Source: Nitrososphaeria archaeon
Lineage (GTDB): Archaea; Thermoproteota; Nitrososphaeria; JACIWG01
Reading direction: 5' to 3'
Assembly: GCA_963752255.1 (NCBI GenBank)
Contig: CAVVXT010000014.1
Coordinates: 128,001 to 192,000, forward strand
Length of the DNA: 64,000 bases
This document shows positions 20,460 to 31,193 of the stretch, piece after piece; within the stretch, counting starts at the first letter, position 1; each line of letters starts with the position of its first letter. The position numbers and the translations under genes were made by a program. Under the pieces are notes generated by a model that was given only the letters and a program-made list of their open reading frames with translations, made no database searches and was not told the DNA's origin.

Positions 20460-21256
20460 ATGAAGACTATTTTAGCACCAATGATGACGGATACTTTAGT
20501 GAAGGTATCAAAGTACTGCATGATTCTATAATAGATTTGGGTAAGACTCTAATTATTGCACCAGAAGGGCTACAGAGTTTTGCAAGCATGAGTCTAACTT
20601 TTCACAAGTCTCTTGGAATCTTAAAAACGGTAACGAAAAATACTCTAGCTTATGTGGTATCGGGTAGTCCTGCTGACACTGTCATACTTGGAATCCATTC
20701 CATTTTTGAGCAAAATCTGATATTGTTATCTCAGGAATTAATTATGGAGACAATTGCACATTCCAAGACTGTTCCACGAGCGGTATAGTTGCAGCCGCGA
20801 TCGAGGGGGCGACAAACAAAATACCTAGCATAACTTTCTCAATGGTTGTTCCAGAAACGGCCATTTTCTTTCTTCACTAATGGATTTGAGTTTTGAGAAG
20901 TAGGTCCAATTGCTAAAACGATAACATCCTAGGTTCTTGAGAAAGGGATTCCTTAGGGTGTTGATCTTTTAAACGTCAATTTTCCACTTCATGTAACCCC
21001 CTTCTACGACGACGCCCATAACAAAGTTGGCTAAGCGTAAGTACCACGATTACGTTTTCATAAGAAAGGATTCTGGAAGTAGACCATACTTTGGATCTGG
21101 GGCAAGAGATTTAGTAAATTCGAGAAATGGACTGACGCGTAAGCGATACGCTATGCCAAAGCGATTTCAATAACGCCGATAAGCCTCAATTTGACAGCGG
21201 AAATCGAAAGAGACAGTCTTAACGAACTTGCTAATCCTGTCAAAGAAAAACTTTAA
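20460..21256 (+). pseudogene. surE: 5'/3'-nucleotidase SurE pseudogene
   Basis: TNDDG, SGSPAD, SGINYGDN..SGIVAAAIEGA and LLNVNFP motifs spread over different frames with several stops. Confidence 0.88.
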
Positions 21257-21272
21257 ACGTTTTAATCAATTC

Positions 21273-21596
21273 TTAGGGTTTGACCTCATCCTTCGAATAG
21301 TATTCTACAGATACGACCGCTGAATCCTTTGAAGACGAAATATAGAGATTTTTTGCGTCCAAAATCACAAAAGAAGATTGTGGAGATTTGATTAAATTAG
21401 CTATCGCAATTTCTTTGCCTGAACGTGTTGTGATAGCGACGGTTATCGAAGAGACCTTAAGAGTTAGACCAGAAAGGGCATCACCATCTCTGAAGACAAG
21501 GAAACCGTCTTCTATCCCGATAAAGTTCAACTTTACAGGTTGTTCAAAAAGATATTCCGAACTCAATTCATCACACCTTACTTCAGTAACGTTCAT
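21273..21596 (-). CDS. Hypothetical protein
   Basis: 107-aa ORF, divergent from the resolvase. Confidence 0.55.
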   Translation of the reverse strand: MNVTEVRCDELSSEYLFEQPVKLNFIGIEDGFLVFRDGDALSGLTLKVSSITVAITTRSGKEIAIANLIKSPQSSFVILDAKNLYISSSKDSAVVSVEYYSKDEVKP

Positions 21597-21626
21597 AACC
21601 TTTGCTTTAATATAGTGTTCGGTAGG

Positions 21627-21914
21627 ATGGTTAGTACACCGTACTATAAAGGAAGAAGCAGAGAATATAAGGTAATGTCAATGCTGAGGGAGGACGGTTG
21701 GGTGTGCAGTCGAAGTGCGATGTCCCATGGCCCCGTAGACGTCTTTGCCGGAAGAGACGGAAAAACGATCTTAGTGCAGGTAAAGTGTGGCAAAGCGAGG
21801 ATGGGGAGATTGGAAAAAGAAGAGCTTGTAAGATGGGCTAAAGCTTTCGGAGCTAAAGCAGAAATATGGTATTTTAGAAACAGAAAAGGTGTTATAAAAG
21901 AGAAGTTAAGTTAG
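21627..21914 (+). CDS. Hjc-like Holliday junction resolvase (PD-(D/E)xK)
   Basis: KGRSREYKV..L..DGW...RSAMSHGPVDV...ILVQVK; ATG 21627. Confidence 0.8.
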   Translation: MVSTPYYKGRSREYKVMSMLREDGWVCSRSAMSHGPVDVFAGRDGKTILVQVKCGKARMGRLEKEELVRWAKAFGAKAEIWYFRNRKGVIKEKLS

Positions 21915-22180
21915 TATTTTTTAATATCTTTGAGCTTAACCTCGTAAAACAGAATTAGCAAGCCTAAAAGACCGAACGCGACTGCTAGAAATCCCAAAGC
22001 GAACATGAAGTATGGATCGTTTATCGCCAAAACCTGCAAGTTCATATATTTCATCCTTCTTGTGTCCTAAGATTATATAACCTTTTAAAAGGCATCTTTT
22101 TCGCTTAACAAAAACATTCACAGGTCCTTCCACAATTCAACAAAAATGTTAAATAGTAACCTTTTACGCAATTACTATTC

Positions 22181-23617
22181 GTGAAAACGCAAAACATAGA
22201 CTCGGAACTGCCTTCTTATGTGATTGGACTAGCGGAAAAAGCTGGAGCTGAATATGCTGAAGCACGTCTCCAATCAGACGAGCACATAGTATGCATGCTC
22301 AAAAATGGCCAGCAGCAGCCCATTGCAATCGGTGAATCTTTGGGACTTGGCATTAGAATCATACTAAATGGTGGACTCGCCTTCTCCGCTACGAATATCC
22401 TTGACAGAATTCAAATACGGGAACTTGTCGAAAACACTGTCAAGAAAGCGAAAGCAACCTCAGAGCTTCTCAAGAATAAGATAAAGTTTAGCAGGGAAAA
22501 AAAGTTAAAGAAAAAATGGCAGGCTGAAGAGAAGGAGAAGCTTGAAGACAGAAACTTTGAAGACATGATTAAAACATTGAAGGATTTAGACGGCATTATT
22601 ATAGAAAGAAAGGAGTATATCCCAATGAGATTTATAGAAATGGAAATTTCTTTTGATAGCAAGATCTTTGAAAATTCTCAGGGAGCGCACATAGAAGGGT
22701 ATGTGCCAAGACTGTATGTCTCAGGTTTTTTAACAGGAATGAAAGGTGATAAAATGGCTCAGAAGTCAATAGAGTATGGAGGCAGTGGTGGATGGGAGCT
22801 ACTTGAGAAACTCAAGATTAGAAATGGATTGGAACACCAAACCAAAGTAATAAAGGACATTATTGACGAAGGCCGTAAGATGGTTCCAGGCAGCTACGAT
22901 ATAATAACCGGTTCAGAAGTCACAGGTATAATGGCACATGAGTCCATCGGACACCCCTTTGAAGCTGACAGGATACTTGGGAGAGAGGCCGCGCAAGCGG
23001 GCGAGTCCTACTTACAACCGTCCGACGTCGGGAGAAAAATTGGAAGTGAACAGGCTAATATCAGCGACGATCCTTCTATTCCTAATTCGTACGGCTTCTA
23101 CCTATATGATGATGAAGGGATTGCATCTAGGAAGAGGAAACTCGTTGTAAACGGTGTTGTAAACGAACTTTTACACAATAGAACTACCGCGAGAACGTTC
23201 AAGACAAAGAGCAATGGCGCAGCACGATCGGTTGGGTTCGACAGAGAGCCTATTATACGCATGGCAAATACTTTCGTGGAAGCCGGAGACTATACTTTTG
23301 ATGAACTCATAAAAGAAGTCAAACACGGCATCTTCATCAACTCTTTTATGGAATGGAACATCGATGACATAAGGCAGAACCAAAGATATGTGGGGCATGA
23401 AGCTTACGCAATAGAAAAGGGTGAAATAGTGAATCCCCTTGTCAATCCCATTATTGAAGTAGCGACAGAAAGGTTGTGGAGCAGTCTTGATGCTCGCGGA
23501 AATAACTTGGATTTTTGGGCCGCGACCTGCGGTAAAGGAGACCCTTCACAGGGCGCTCCCGTCTGGGCAGGCGGACCCAGCCTAAGGTTTAGGAACATGA
23601 TGGTGAAAACCAGATGA
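22181..23617 (+). CDS. tldD: TldD metalloprotease subunit
   Basis: HESIGHPFEADR Zn motif; DDEG, RMANT, CGKG. Confidence 0.93.
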   Translation: MKTQNIDSELPSYVIGLAEKAGAEYAEARLQSDEHIVCMLKNGQQQPIAIGESLGLGIRIILNGGLAFSATNILDRIQIRELVENTVKKAKATSELLKNKIKFSREKKLKKKWQAEEKEKLEDRNFEDMIKTLKDLDGIIIERKEYIPMRFIEMEISFDSKIFENSQGAHIEGYVPRLYVSGFLTGMKGDKMAQKSIEYGGSGGWELLEKLKIRNGLEHQTKVIKDIIDEGRKMVPGSYDIITGSEVTGIMAHESIGHPFEADRILGREAAQAGESYLQPSDVGRKIGSEQANISDDPSIPNSYGFYLYDDEGIASRKRKLVVNGVVNELLHNRTTARTFKTKSNGAARSVGFDREPIIRMANTFVEAGDYTFDELIKEVKHGIFINSFMEWNIDDIRQNQRYVGHEAYAIEKGEIVNPLVNPIIEVATERLWSSLDARGNNLDFWAATCGKGDPSQGAPVWAGGPSLRFRNMMVKTR

Positions 23618-24951
23618 GCGTCGAAATTCTAGATAGGATAATTGAAGCGACGTATTCGAAAGCTCTCGCATTAAAGCCCGACGATATCTCAATTATTTCG
23701 GCTTACAGCGAAGAATCGATGCTGAGGTTCAGCAATAATTCCGTTACGGTGATTGATACACTAAAAGAAGTGGCTGTGTTCCTATATATGGCAAAAGAAG
23801 AAAAAAAAGTTGTAGGTGTAACATCCACTGTAAATGAATCCAATTTAGACAGTTTTGTCGAGCGACTGTTTTCCAGCATAAAATTCACAGAAAAAAGTGT
23901 GGATTACGTTCCTCTTCCAAAGATTAAATCTATTTCTACTTCAAGGAACTACGATAGTAGAATAGAGAAGTTGGGAGAAAAAATTGCTGACTTGGGTGGT
24001 GCGGCAATAAATGCCGCACTCAGGGAAGGGGCTGAAAGAGTTTCTGGGGTCTTAACGGCGAACACAGAATCGTACAAAATAAAGACTTCAGGAGGAGCGG
24101 AAAATTCAGACAAGGTGACCTCGATATCGATAAACGTAAGAGCTTTTTCAGGCACTAACTCAAGTGGTCACGGGCTTTCTTGTGCTGCTTCACTTCCGAA
24201 CTTCAACGGAGTTGAAGCGGGAAGCACCGCTGGTAGATTCGCCAAAGAATCTCAGAAGACCGGCCATTGGGAAGAGGGCGAATATACGCTGATAATGGGG
24301 CCTACTGTAACAGCAGATTTCCTAGAAATAGTGGGTTACTCTTCTTCGGCTTTCCGTGTTGATGCTGGAACCTCTTTCTTAAAGGATTCTTTGGGTAAGA
24401 AGATTGCGACCGAGGATTTAACGCTCGAAGACTATGGAGCAATTGAAGGAGGACTGGCAGGCAGGTCATTTGACGATGAAGGTGTTCCAACTCAGAGAAC
24501 GGGCATAATAGACAAGGGAACGTTAAGGACTTACCTTCATAATTCGTCTACGGCAAAGAAATACGGTACGAAGACTACTGGAAATGCGGGCATCATCGCT
24601 CCTCATCCTTGGAACCTCGTCGTCACGTCAGGAAAATCTGATTTGGATGAAATGATTCGAGAAACTAAGAAAGGGGTCTATGTTACGAACAACTGGTATA
24701 CAAGGTACCAGAATTATGTGGCAGGAGAATATTCAACGCTTCCAAGAGATGCGACTTTTCTTATCGAAAATGGTTCAATAAAGTACGCTATCAATGGCAC
24801 AAGGATAAGCGACAACGTACCGAGACAGCTGCTGAACATCAAGGGGATCGGCAAAGAAAGAAAGTGGATTGAATGGTGGGAAGTGGAAACACCGATATTG
24901 ACACCTACATTGGTTATAGACAACGTTGCAATAACTAAAGCACAGCTATAG
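23614..24951 (+). CDS. pmbA: TldE/PmbA subunit
   Basis: RFSNN, FDDEG, TGNA motifs; lacks HExxxH; translationally coupled to tldD. Confidence 0.9.
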   Translation: MSVEILDRIIEATYSKALALKPDDISIISAYSEESMLRFSNNSVTVIDTLKEVAVFLYMAKEEKKVVGVTSTVNESNLDSFVERLFSSIKFTEKSVDYVPLPKIKSISTSRNYDSRIEKLGEKIADLGGAAINAALREGAERVSGVLTANTESYKIKTSGGAENSDKVTSISINVRAFSGTNSSGHGLSCAASLPNFNGVEAGSTAGRFAKESQKTGHWEEGEYTLIMGPTVTADFLEIVGYSSSAFRVDAGTSFLKDSLGKKIATEDLTLEDYGAIEGGLAGRSFDDEGVPTQRTGIIDKGTLRTYLHNSSTAKKYGTKTTGNAGIIAPHPWNLVVTSGKSDLDEMIRETKKGVYVTNNWYTRYQNYVAGEYSTLPRDATFLIENGSIKYAINGTRISDNVPRQLLNIKGIGKERKWIEWWEVETPILTPTLVIDNVAITKAQL

Positions 24952-24980
24952 TGCATCCCATAGACACCAGAGTTTGGCTG

Positions 24981-26225
24981 CTAGTCTTCGACAATGTGCC
25001 TAATGTACATATGAGTCTGATGTATTGTTTGCTTCTTTCCCTCGTATGTGCCAGTGTTCAGTAGATAGAATGAGACACCGCAGCTGTAGAGTTTTCTAAA
25101 GAAAGCTTCTTCAGCGCTCAGGTTGTGCTCTGGTGGATACGGGTTATAGAAAGGCTCGTAACCGTACTGCCCCCATTTCTCAGGTGGGCCTGAACCCGGT
25201 CGTATTATAAACTTCCCTTCCTTGAGCACCCTAATCGCTTCATCTATGCCCAGAAGTGTTACAGGCTTTGTGGTGTCATCGCGAGTTAAGAGCAGCACAT
25301 ATTTTACACGACATTCGTTTGATAGGTTCTCTTTCCCCTTGGGAACTTCGACGAGGTTTCCTAAGGCGTCTTTTATCATCATAGGAAAACGGTCCCTTGG
25401 AAACATAACCCTAGAGTTGGCATATGACCAATAACATCTGTCCGCGTTTAGGTCGAAGACGCATTTTCTTTCCCCGTTCATTACAGCTTTATAGCATTCA
25501 CCTATCTTTTCTCTTTCTATAGAGTATTGAGCGCATTTGGCTTTCTCGTTCACGATGTTTTCGAGTGGTAAATCGTTGAAGAACTTGGTAAATATTGGGT
25601 GATTAAGGGCGATCTCAGACCTCATATAGAGCCAACTTTCTGTAGCGTAGGCAATGGGATCAGGTTTAAAGAAGACAAAGACATAGTCGTCAGAGTGAAC
25701 TTTAGCATCTCTTATATTATATATTAGTTCATGGAACTGTGAAGTCTTACCCGTGCCTGTTGGTGCGACGATGACGACTCCGTCATAGCCGTGACTGTTA
25801 GGTACGCCAACACATGCGCCGTGAATCGCGTACCCTCCTCTTTTTTCCAACAGACGCGTTGACAAACCCAGTGCGCCAGCGGATTTTGCTGCTCCATAGT
25901 ATTCACAATTAACTATAAGAACCCTGCTTGTTTTAAAATCATAGTAGATGGACGGCTCTAAGTCTTCAACATCATTAATGTCATAGATCCAGCCGTCTAT
26001 TTTATCTTCCTTTGAACCTGGAAACCAGTTAAGCTTCCAGTATTCATACACGTGGCTAGAATTTGTCATCAGCTTTATTCTGACACCACATATGTCGGCA
26101 ACTGCTTCAAAAGGCAGATCTTTGTGGGTTTTAAGAATTCTATCTATCTCCCCTTTATCCTTTACCTTTGGAGGACGACGGTCGGGATAAGTGAAATAGT
26201 TGTTCTTTATCTTAGGGTCCTGCAT
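24981..26225 (-). CDS. PEP-carboxykinase/HPr-kinase-like P-loop protein
   Basis: IHGACV, APTGTGKTS Walker A, HSDD, NSRV, EPFYNPY, YLLNTG. Confidence 0.7.
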   Translation of the reverse strand: MQDPKIKNNYFTYPDRRPPKVKDKGEIDRILKTHKDLPFEAVADICGVRIKLMTNSSHVYEYWKLNWFPGSKEDKIDGWIYDINDVEDLEPSIYYDFKTSRVLIVNCEYYGAAKSAGALGLSTRLLEKRGGYAIHGACVGVPNSHGYDGVVIVAPTGTGKTSQFHELIYNIRDAKVHSDDYVFVFFKPDPIAYATESWLYMRSEIALNHPIFTKFFNDLPLENIVNEKAKCAQYSIEREKIGECYKAVMNGERKCVFDLNADRCYWSYANSRVMFPRDRFPMMIKDALGNLVEVPKGKENLSNECRVKYVLLLTRDDTTKPVTLLGIDEAIRVLKEGKFIIRPGSGPPEKWGQYGYEPFYNPYPPEHNLSAEEAFFRKLYSCGVSFYLLNTGTYEGKKQTIHQTHMYIRHIVED

Positions 26226-26616
26226 CGCAAAAAACCCACTAGACAGCCCTCCTATAAACTTTCAAATGGTGATAGTAGCAAAATGATAGACAAAACGCAA
26301 TATAGTTTAACTATTTTTGGCACTTTAACAATTCTTGATTCCCTTAGAAGTATAGATGCTATTTAACTTGGCACTTCCTTTATTACCTTGTGGATTAAGG
26401 AATAAGTCCGGAGAAGAGGCGGCGATTAAACCTAGCCGACTATGTTGACTGGCGGGGGAAGAAGCTGTCCTAGGATCCCAGTGTTAGATTATTTTTTCAA
26501 CAAAATTTTAATTATTCATAATTTATAAAATAATTATTACTCGAATTACAAAAATATAATTAATATTCGACCAAAAAATATATAAGAAGCATAATTAGGG
26601 GTTAAAGGTTAATTAA

Positions 26617-27996
26617 GTGATTGGTAGAAAAAATATGTTGAATTTCAAAAACGCCATATGGAAAGAAAACGTTACTAGAGTCATACAGCAAATCGGTGAA
26701 AATGAAATAAAATTCGTGAAGCTTCAGTTCACCGACATTAACGGAATCCTCAAAAATTTGTCGGTTCACTCTAAAGGTATCGAGAGCATGTTCGAAAATG
26801 GGCAGTCGTTTGATGGGTCATCTATTACCGGATTTAGACCTATAGAAGAATCGGATATGGTGCTCTATCCAGATCCAACAACATTTGCTATCATACCGTG
26901 GAGGCCCCAGGAAAAATCCTCTTGTAGACTTATTTGTGATGTTTATACTCCTGACAATAAGAGATTTGATGCAGATCCAAGATATGTCCTTGAAAGAGCA
27001 ATTTCTAAATGTAAAGAAGCCGGCATGACTTTTATCTGTGCACCAGAGCTAGAGTTCTTTCTTCTTAAAGAAAATGAAGGTGAAAACCCCACACCTATAG
27101 ATCTCGCTGGCTACTTTGACTATCACCCAGGTGATTTGACTGATGGTTTACGTAGAGAAATAGCAGATTCAGCTGAACTTTTTGGAATAGAAATTGAGAA
27201 ATCACATCACGAAGTTGCTCTAGGACAAAATGAAATCGACTTCAAATACGACGATGCTCTGCAAACAGCTGATAGAACGATAACGATGAAGATGATTACA
27301 AAGACCGTTGCCGCAAGAAACGGATATCTGGCAACCTATATGCCTAAACCGTTCTTTGGAATAAATGGTTCAGGAATGCACGTGCATCAGAGCTTTTGGG
27401 ACGGGGGGGTGACAAAAAACCTCTTCTATTCTGAAGATGAAGGGACAGGATACATTTCTGAGATCGCAAGGTATTTCATAGGAGGACAATTGATGCATGG
27501 AAAAGAGATGGCCGCTATTCTTGCTTCTTGGCCCAATTCTTACAAAAGACTTGTTCCTGGTTACGAGGCGCCGGTGTACCTTGCTTGGGCTTTCAAGAAC
27601 AGATCCCCCTTAATCAGAGTTCCTAACTTTGGGGGGAAAAGAAATGCTGCACGCTGTGAAATCAGATGCCCAGACCCTGCAGGCAACCCGTACCTACAAT
27701 TCGCTGTTCTCTGTATAGCAGGACTAGAAGGTATAAAGAAGAAAGTGAACCCTGGTGCCCCCACTGAGCTTAACGTATACGAGATGAGCTATGACGAAAG
27801 AAAAGCTAAGAAGATCGTCTCACTTCCTGAATCCTTGAAAGAAGCCCTTGACCTGATGGAAAGGAGCGAATTCATGGAAGAAGCTCTCGGCGAGACGTTA
27901 TTCTCAAACTACCTGCAATCAAAGAGAAAGGAATGGGACTTATATAGAACACAGGTAACCGAATGGGAGATTGATCGATACATCAGAAGACTCTGA
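26617..27996 (+). CDS. glnA: Glutamine synthetase type I
   Basis: FDGSSI, HHEVA.GQNEI, MPKPFFGINGSGMHVH, NSYKRLVPGYEAP, EIRCPD. Confidence 0.97.
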   Translation: MIGRKNMLNFKNAIWKENVTRVIQQIGENEIKFVKLQFTDINGILKNLSVHSKGIESMFENGQSFDGSSITGFRPIEESDMVLYPDPTTFAIIPWRPQEKSSCRLICDVYTPDNKRFDADPRYVLERAISKCKEAGMTFICAPELEFFLLKENEGENPTPIDLAGYFDYHPGDLTDGLRREIADSAELFGIEIEKSHHEVALGQNEIDFKYDDALQTADRTITMKMITKTVAARNGYLATYMPKPFFGINGSGMHVHQSFWDGGVTKNLFYSEDEGTGYISEIARYFIGGQLMHGKEMAAILASWPNSYKRLVPGYEAPVYLAWAFKNRSPLIRVPNFGGKRNAARCEIRCPDPAGNPYLQFAVLCIAGLEGIKKKVNPGAPTELNVYEMSYDERKAKKIVSLPESLKEALDLMERSEFMEEALGETLFSNYLQSKRKEWDLYRTQVTEWEIDRYIRRL

Positions 27997-28174
27997 TGGA
28001 AATAAGACTGTTGTAATAATCTTAGTAGAATCGTTTTCGTCCATTTTGAGCGAAGATGCATGTGTAAAGGAACCCAAAGGGATTAGTTCTCTTAGGTACC
28101 GAATGTTAAACTATGCGAGCGTAGCATCAGTGCGAGGAGAGGCTCCGTCAATCCTCCGGTTGTTGAAACTTAAA

Positions 28175-28720
28175 CTATACGATTCTACAAAAGTTCAGAA
28201 TCAACTCTGCGTTAAGTACCTCAGGATGGAATAGACAGCCGTATATTTCTTGATCTTTCTGTTTAATTATACTCGCTATGCAACCAGTTGCAGCGATCAC
28301 ATCGAAACTGCTATTTACCTTAACTATTTTAGAAACCAGAAAATATGAATAGAACTCCCCGCTAGATGCTATAGGATTCTGCTTCTTAATCTTGACCACA
28401 TGTTGACCGATTATTTTTCTATCCAACAGTTCACAACTAAACGTCTTCGCTATTATCTGCATTCCTGCACAGATACCTAGAACAGGCTTGCCTAGCCCAT
28501 TTAGATACTTGAAAGCGTCAATATGATGAAGGTATTCAAAGTCTTTGAGGGAAGTACCACAAATTATGATCTTATCTACATTTACCAGTTCATTTGAATC
28601 GACTTTTAAATAATGTTTTACTTGGAAGACACCATTTACTTTTTCAAGAATTTTACAGATCGGTTCGACGAATTCTAACTCACTTAATCTATCAAGGCAG
28701 ACGTTAACTATCAGAATCAT
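28175..28720 (-). CDS. Class I glutamine amidotransferase subunit
   Basis: PVLGICAGMQ nucleophile elbow and FHPE; stand-alone. Confidence 0.88.
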   Translation of the reverse strand: MILIVNVCLDRLSELEFVEPICKILEKVNGVFQVKHYLKVDSNELVNVDKIIICGTSLKDFEYLHHIDAFKYLNGLGKPVLGICAGMQIIAKTFSCELLDRKIIGQHVVKIKKQNPIASSGEFYSYFLVSKIVKVNSSFDVIAATGCIASIIKQKDQEIYGCLFHPEVLNAELILNFCRIV

Positions 28721-29397
28721 TTCTCTACCAGCCTAGCTTTCTTTATTTCAAACCATCCAGAGTAATTTTTGTAGACTATATCGTGCTCTAAGATTTCTAT
28801 TTCCTTTTTAAAGAAGGGTGCGTTGATAACTGTTGTCTCTATTTCACCACCTTCTCCGGCGGGGTTAAGACCATATTTCCTTGCGTACATCTCTAATTTT
28901 GCTATCATATCATCATTGACGGTCTTTCCCAAGAAGTTAATGTTCAGTGGATAAGCAAAGACACCTGAAATGATTGTCTTGATTTCAACTGATAGGCCTT
29001 CCCTTAGAACCTCGACCTGATCTCTTAACCATAGAGGATTAAAGCACCAAAGAGAAAGTTTGTCGCAGCTTTTCTGTATCCTGCTGGCTTGATAGATTGA
29101 TTTTATAGCTCCTGTAACAACCCCTTCGATTTCAAACTTCTTTTTAGCGATCAATATCGCCTTCTCAAGATCTAACAGTTCCTCTTCCTTCTTTCCTTCT
29201 GTTAGCTTCTGTATCAAAGGCAGGCCTATTGCCTGAGCCTGCAGTGATGTAATGGAAATATTGGGCACATGGAACATGTAACTCTCTCTATTTTTAGAAA
29301 TTAGACTGATCAAACAGACAACATCATGATATCTTCTAGCTTTGTAAAAGGCTAAACATGAATCCTTTCCACCTGAGAAGAGTATGCCGACTCTCAC
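28717..29397 (-). CDS. Diphthine--ammonia ligase family PP-loop ATPase
   Basis: SGGKDS, SYMFH, GAIKSIYQ, PLW, GEGGEIET. Confidence 0.9.
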   Translation of the reverse strand: MRVGILFSGGKDSCLAFYKARRYHDVVCLISLISKNRESYMFHVPNISITSLQAQAIGLPLIQKLTEGKKEEELLDLEKAILIAKKKFEIEGVVTGAIKSIYQASRIQKSCDKLSLWCFNPLWLRDQVEVLREGLSVEIKTIISGVFAYPLNINFLGKTVNDDMIAKLEMYARKYGLNPAGEGGEIETTVINAPFFKKEIEILEHDIVYKNYSGWFEIKKARLVEK

Positions 29398-29586
29398 AAT
29401 GTATCACAGAACTTCAATATCTTATAAATGCTATTCAAAAGGTAGTATAGTATAAAAAAAGATCTTATTATGCACACTAGGCACAACATATTTTATTGAA
29501 CACCAACCATCGCCTAATTAAATCTCGACAAGACTTTAATTCTAGTTAGATTTGTTAAAAGTTTATATTATTTAATTATTTGGGTG

Positions 29587-29669
29587 TTTTGGCCAAAATT
29601 CTCCATCAATTGGTTCTTGACGGATGAATGGGGGCTTAGTTTTTGAGCCCTCAACATTTTGGCCTAAAA
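29587..29669. other. Predicted three-way-junction RNA or paired palindromes
   Basis: GGCCAAAAT...ATTTTGGCC closes two internal hairpins. Confidence 0.4.
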
Positions 29670-29779
29670 AACTGCTATCATCTATCTCCTTTTAATCGAT
29701 GGTTGCAAGACTTGTCTATCCTTAGTTGTGAGTTAACAATATTAAGCCTATTTTTCATTCAATCTAATTTATTCGTTTC

Positions 29780-30050
29780 CCTCCCTCTTTTTATTTAGTA
29801 ATCCTCGGAAAGCTTGGCGACAAAAATCAGATATCTACGATCACATTAGCCGCCGAAAAATATTGGGATTCAATGATTCTTGGAATAAGGATGGCTTTCG
29901 CAAGCACAGTTGGTGTTGCAACGATTCTTGGGGCAAAAATAGTTGTCCTCTCTTCTTAAAAAATGGCTGAGAATCGGTTCATATGGCTTGTTCATAGCTA
30001 TTGGAATAATCTCTGTCATAAGCTCAATTATTGGGCTAAGTATCTTTTAA
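29780..30050 (+). pseudogene. TMEM165/GDT1 (UPF0016) transporter remnant
   Basis: LVILGKLGDKNQISTITLAA (E-x-G-D-K-T-Q-like) plus a TM segment, then a frameshifted KWLRIGSYGLFIAIGI; no intact start. Confidence 0.7.
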
Positions 30051-30355
30051 AAACGTTATCCTGGAAAATCTGGCTGTTTAATATGTTCCGAAGGAAAATT
30101 TAGTGCGTTATCCTTCTCTCGGTGCTCATTTTTTACAAACTTTTTTTTGCATTTATTATGGTTTCGATGAACTGTATGCTGAACAGAATCAGATCCTTAA
30201 GAAATATAGAACTAATAATTTATATAGACATTTTCCAACTGGATAGATACCAACCATGCGCAAGAGAATAGATAAAAAAGAGTTTAAACTTGGTGAAGAA
30301 AGGTCCACCACATTATCAGTGCTCTGGTTGTCTAAAGTGCATTTTAGGTGATTGG

Positions 30356-31193
30356 ATGATTCATGATAAAATAATGGTCTCTTTTCAAGGAGAGTTTGGA
30401 GCGTATAGCGAAGAAGCCGCATTCAAATTTTTTGGCGATAAGATGAAGACGCTTCCCTGTAAAACGTTATCTGACGTCTTTAAAGCTGTAGAAGAAAAGA
30501 AGGTCAAGTACGGCATAGTTCCAGTGGAAAATTCTATTGAGGGAAGCATTTTTCAAACATACGATTTGCTGCTGCAGTCAAACCTTAAAATCTGCGGGGA
30601 GATAATACTCAGGGTAGCTCACTGTCTTATTTCATGCGAGAAAGAAATGACCTCTGTGAAAGAGGTTTATTCTCACCCTCAAGCCTTGGCGCAGTGTAGA
30701 AAGTTTCTGGAGGAGCTAGGATGCATTGTGACACCTACTTACGATACTGCAGGTAGTGTTAAGATGATTAAGGAGAGAAATCTGAGGAACGCGGCAGCGA
30801 TTGCAAGTGAAAGGACGGCTCAAATATACGGCATGAATGTTCTTAGCACGGCATTTAGAAACGAACCCCCAAAATTATACTAGGTTTTTGGTCATATTCA
30901 GCAGGGACCACAAGATGACGGACAATGACAAGACTTCGATAATCTTCTCAACAAAGGACATTCCTAAAGCTCTTCTAAAAGCACTTGTACCACTTGCTAA
31001 GAGAAATATAAATCTCATGAAGATAGAGTCTCGTCCCATAATCGGAAAGCCTTGGGAATATAACTTCTACCTCGACTTTGAGGGTCACAGGGGAGAGGAA
31101 AGGGTTCAGAAGGCTTTGAAAGAATTGGGGATGAATTCAACTTTTTTGAAGATATTAGGTTCTTATCCGAAGGCGAAAGAAGATGCTGTATGA
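30356..31193 (+). pseudogene. pheA: Prephenate dehydratase, frameshifted near 30845
   Basis: FQGEFGAYSE, PVENSIEG, SHPQALAQC in one frame; NYTRFLV and ACT domain KIESRP in the next. Confidence 0.9.

Noticed and set aside
26385-26485. GC-richer block upstream of glnA as a glutamine riboswitch or rRNA fragment
   Set aside because: No convincing stems or consensus; reads more like a decayed coding fragment (LADYVDWRGKKLS)
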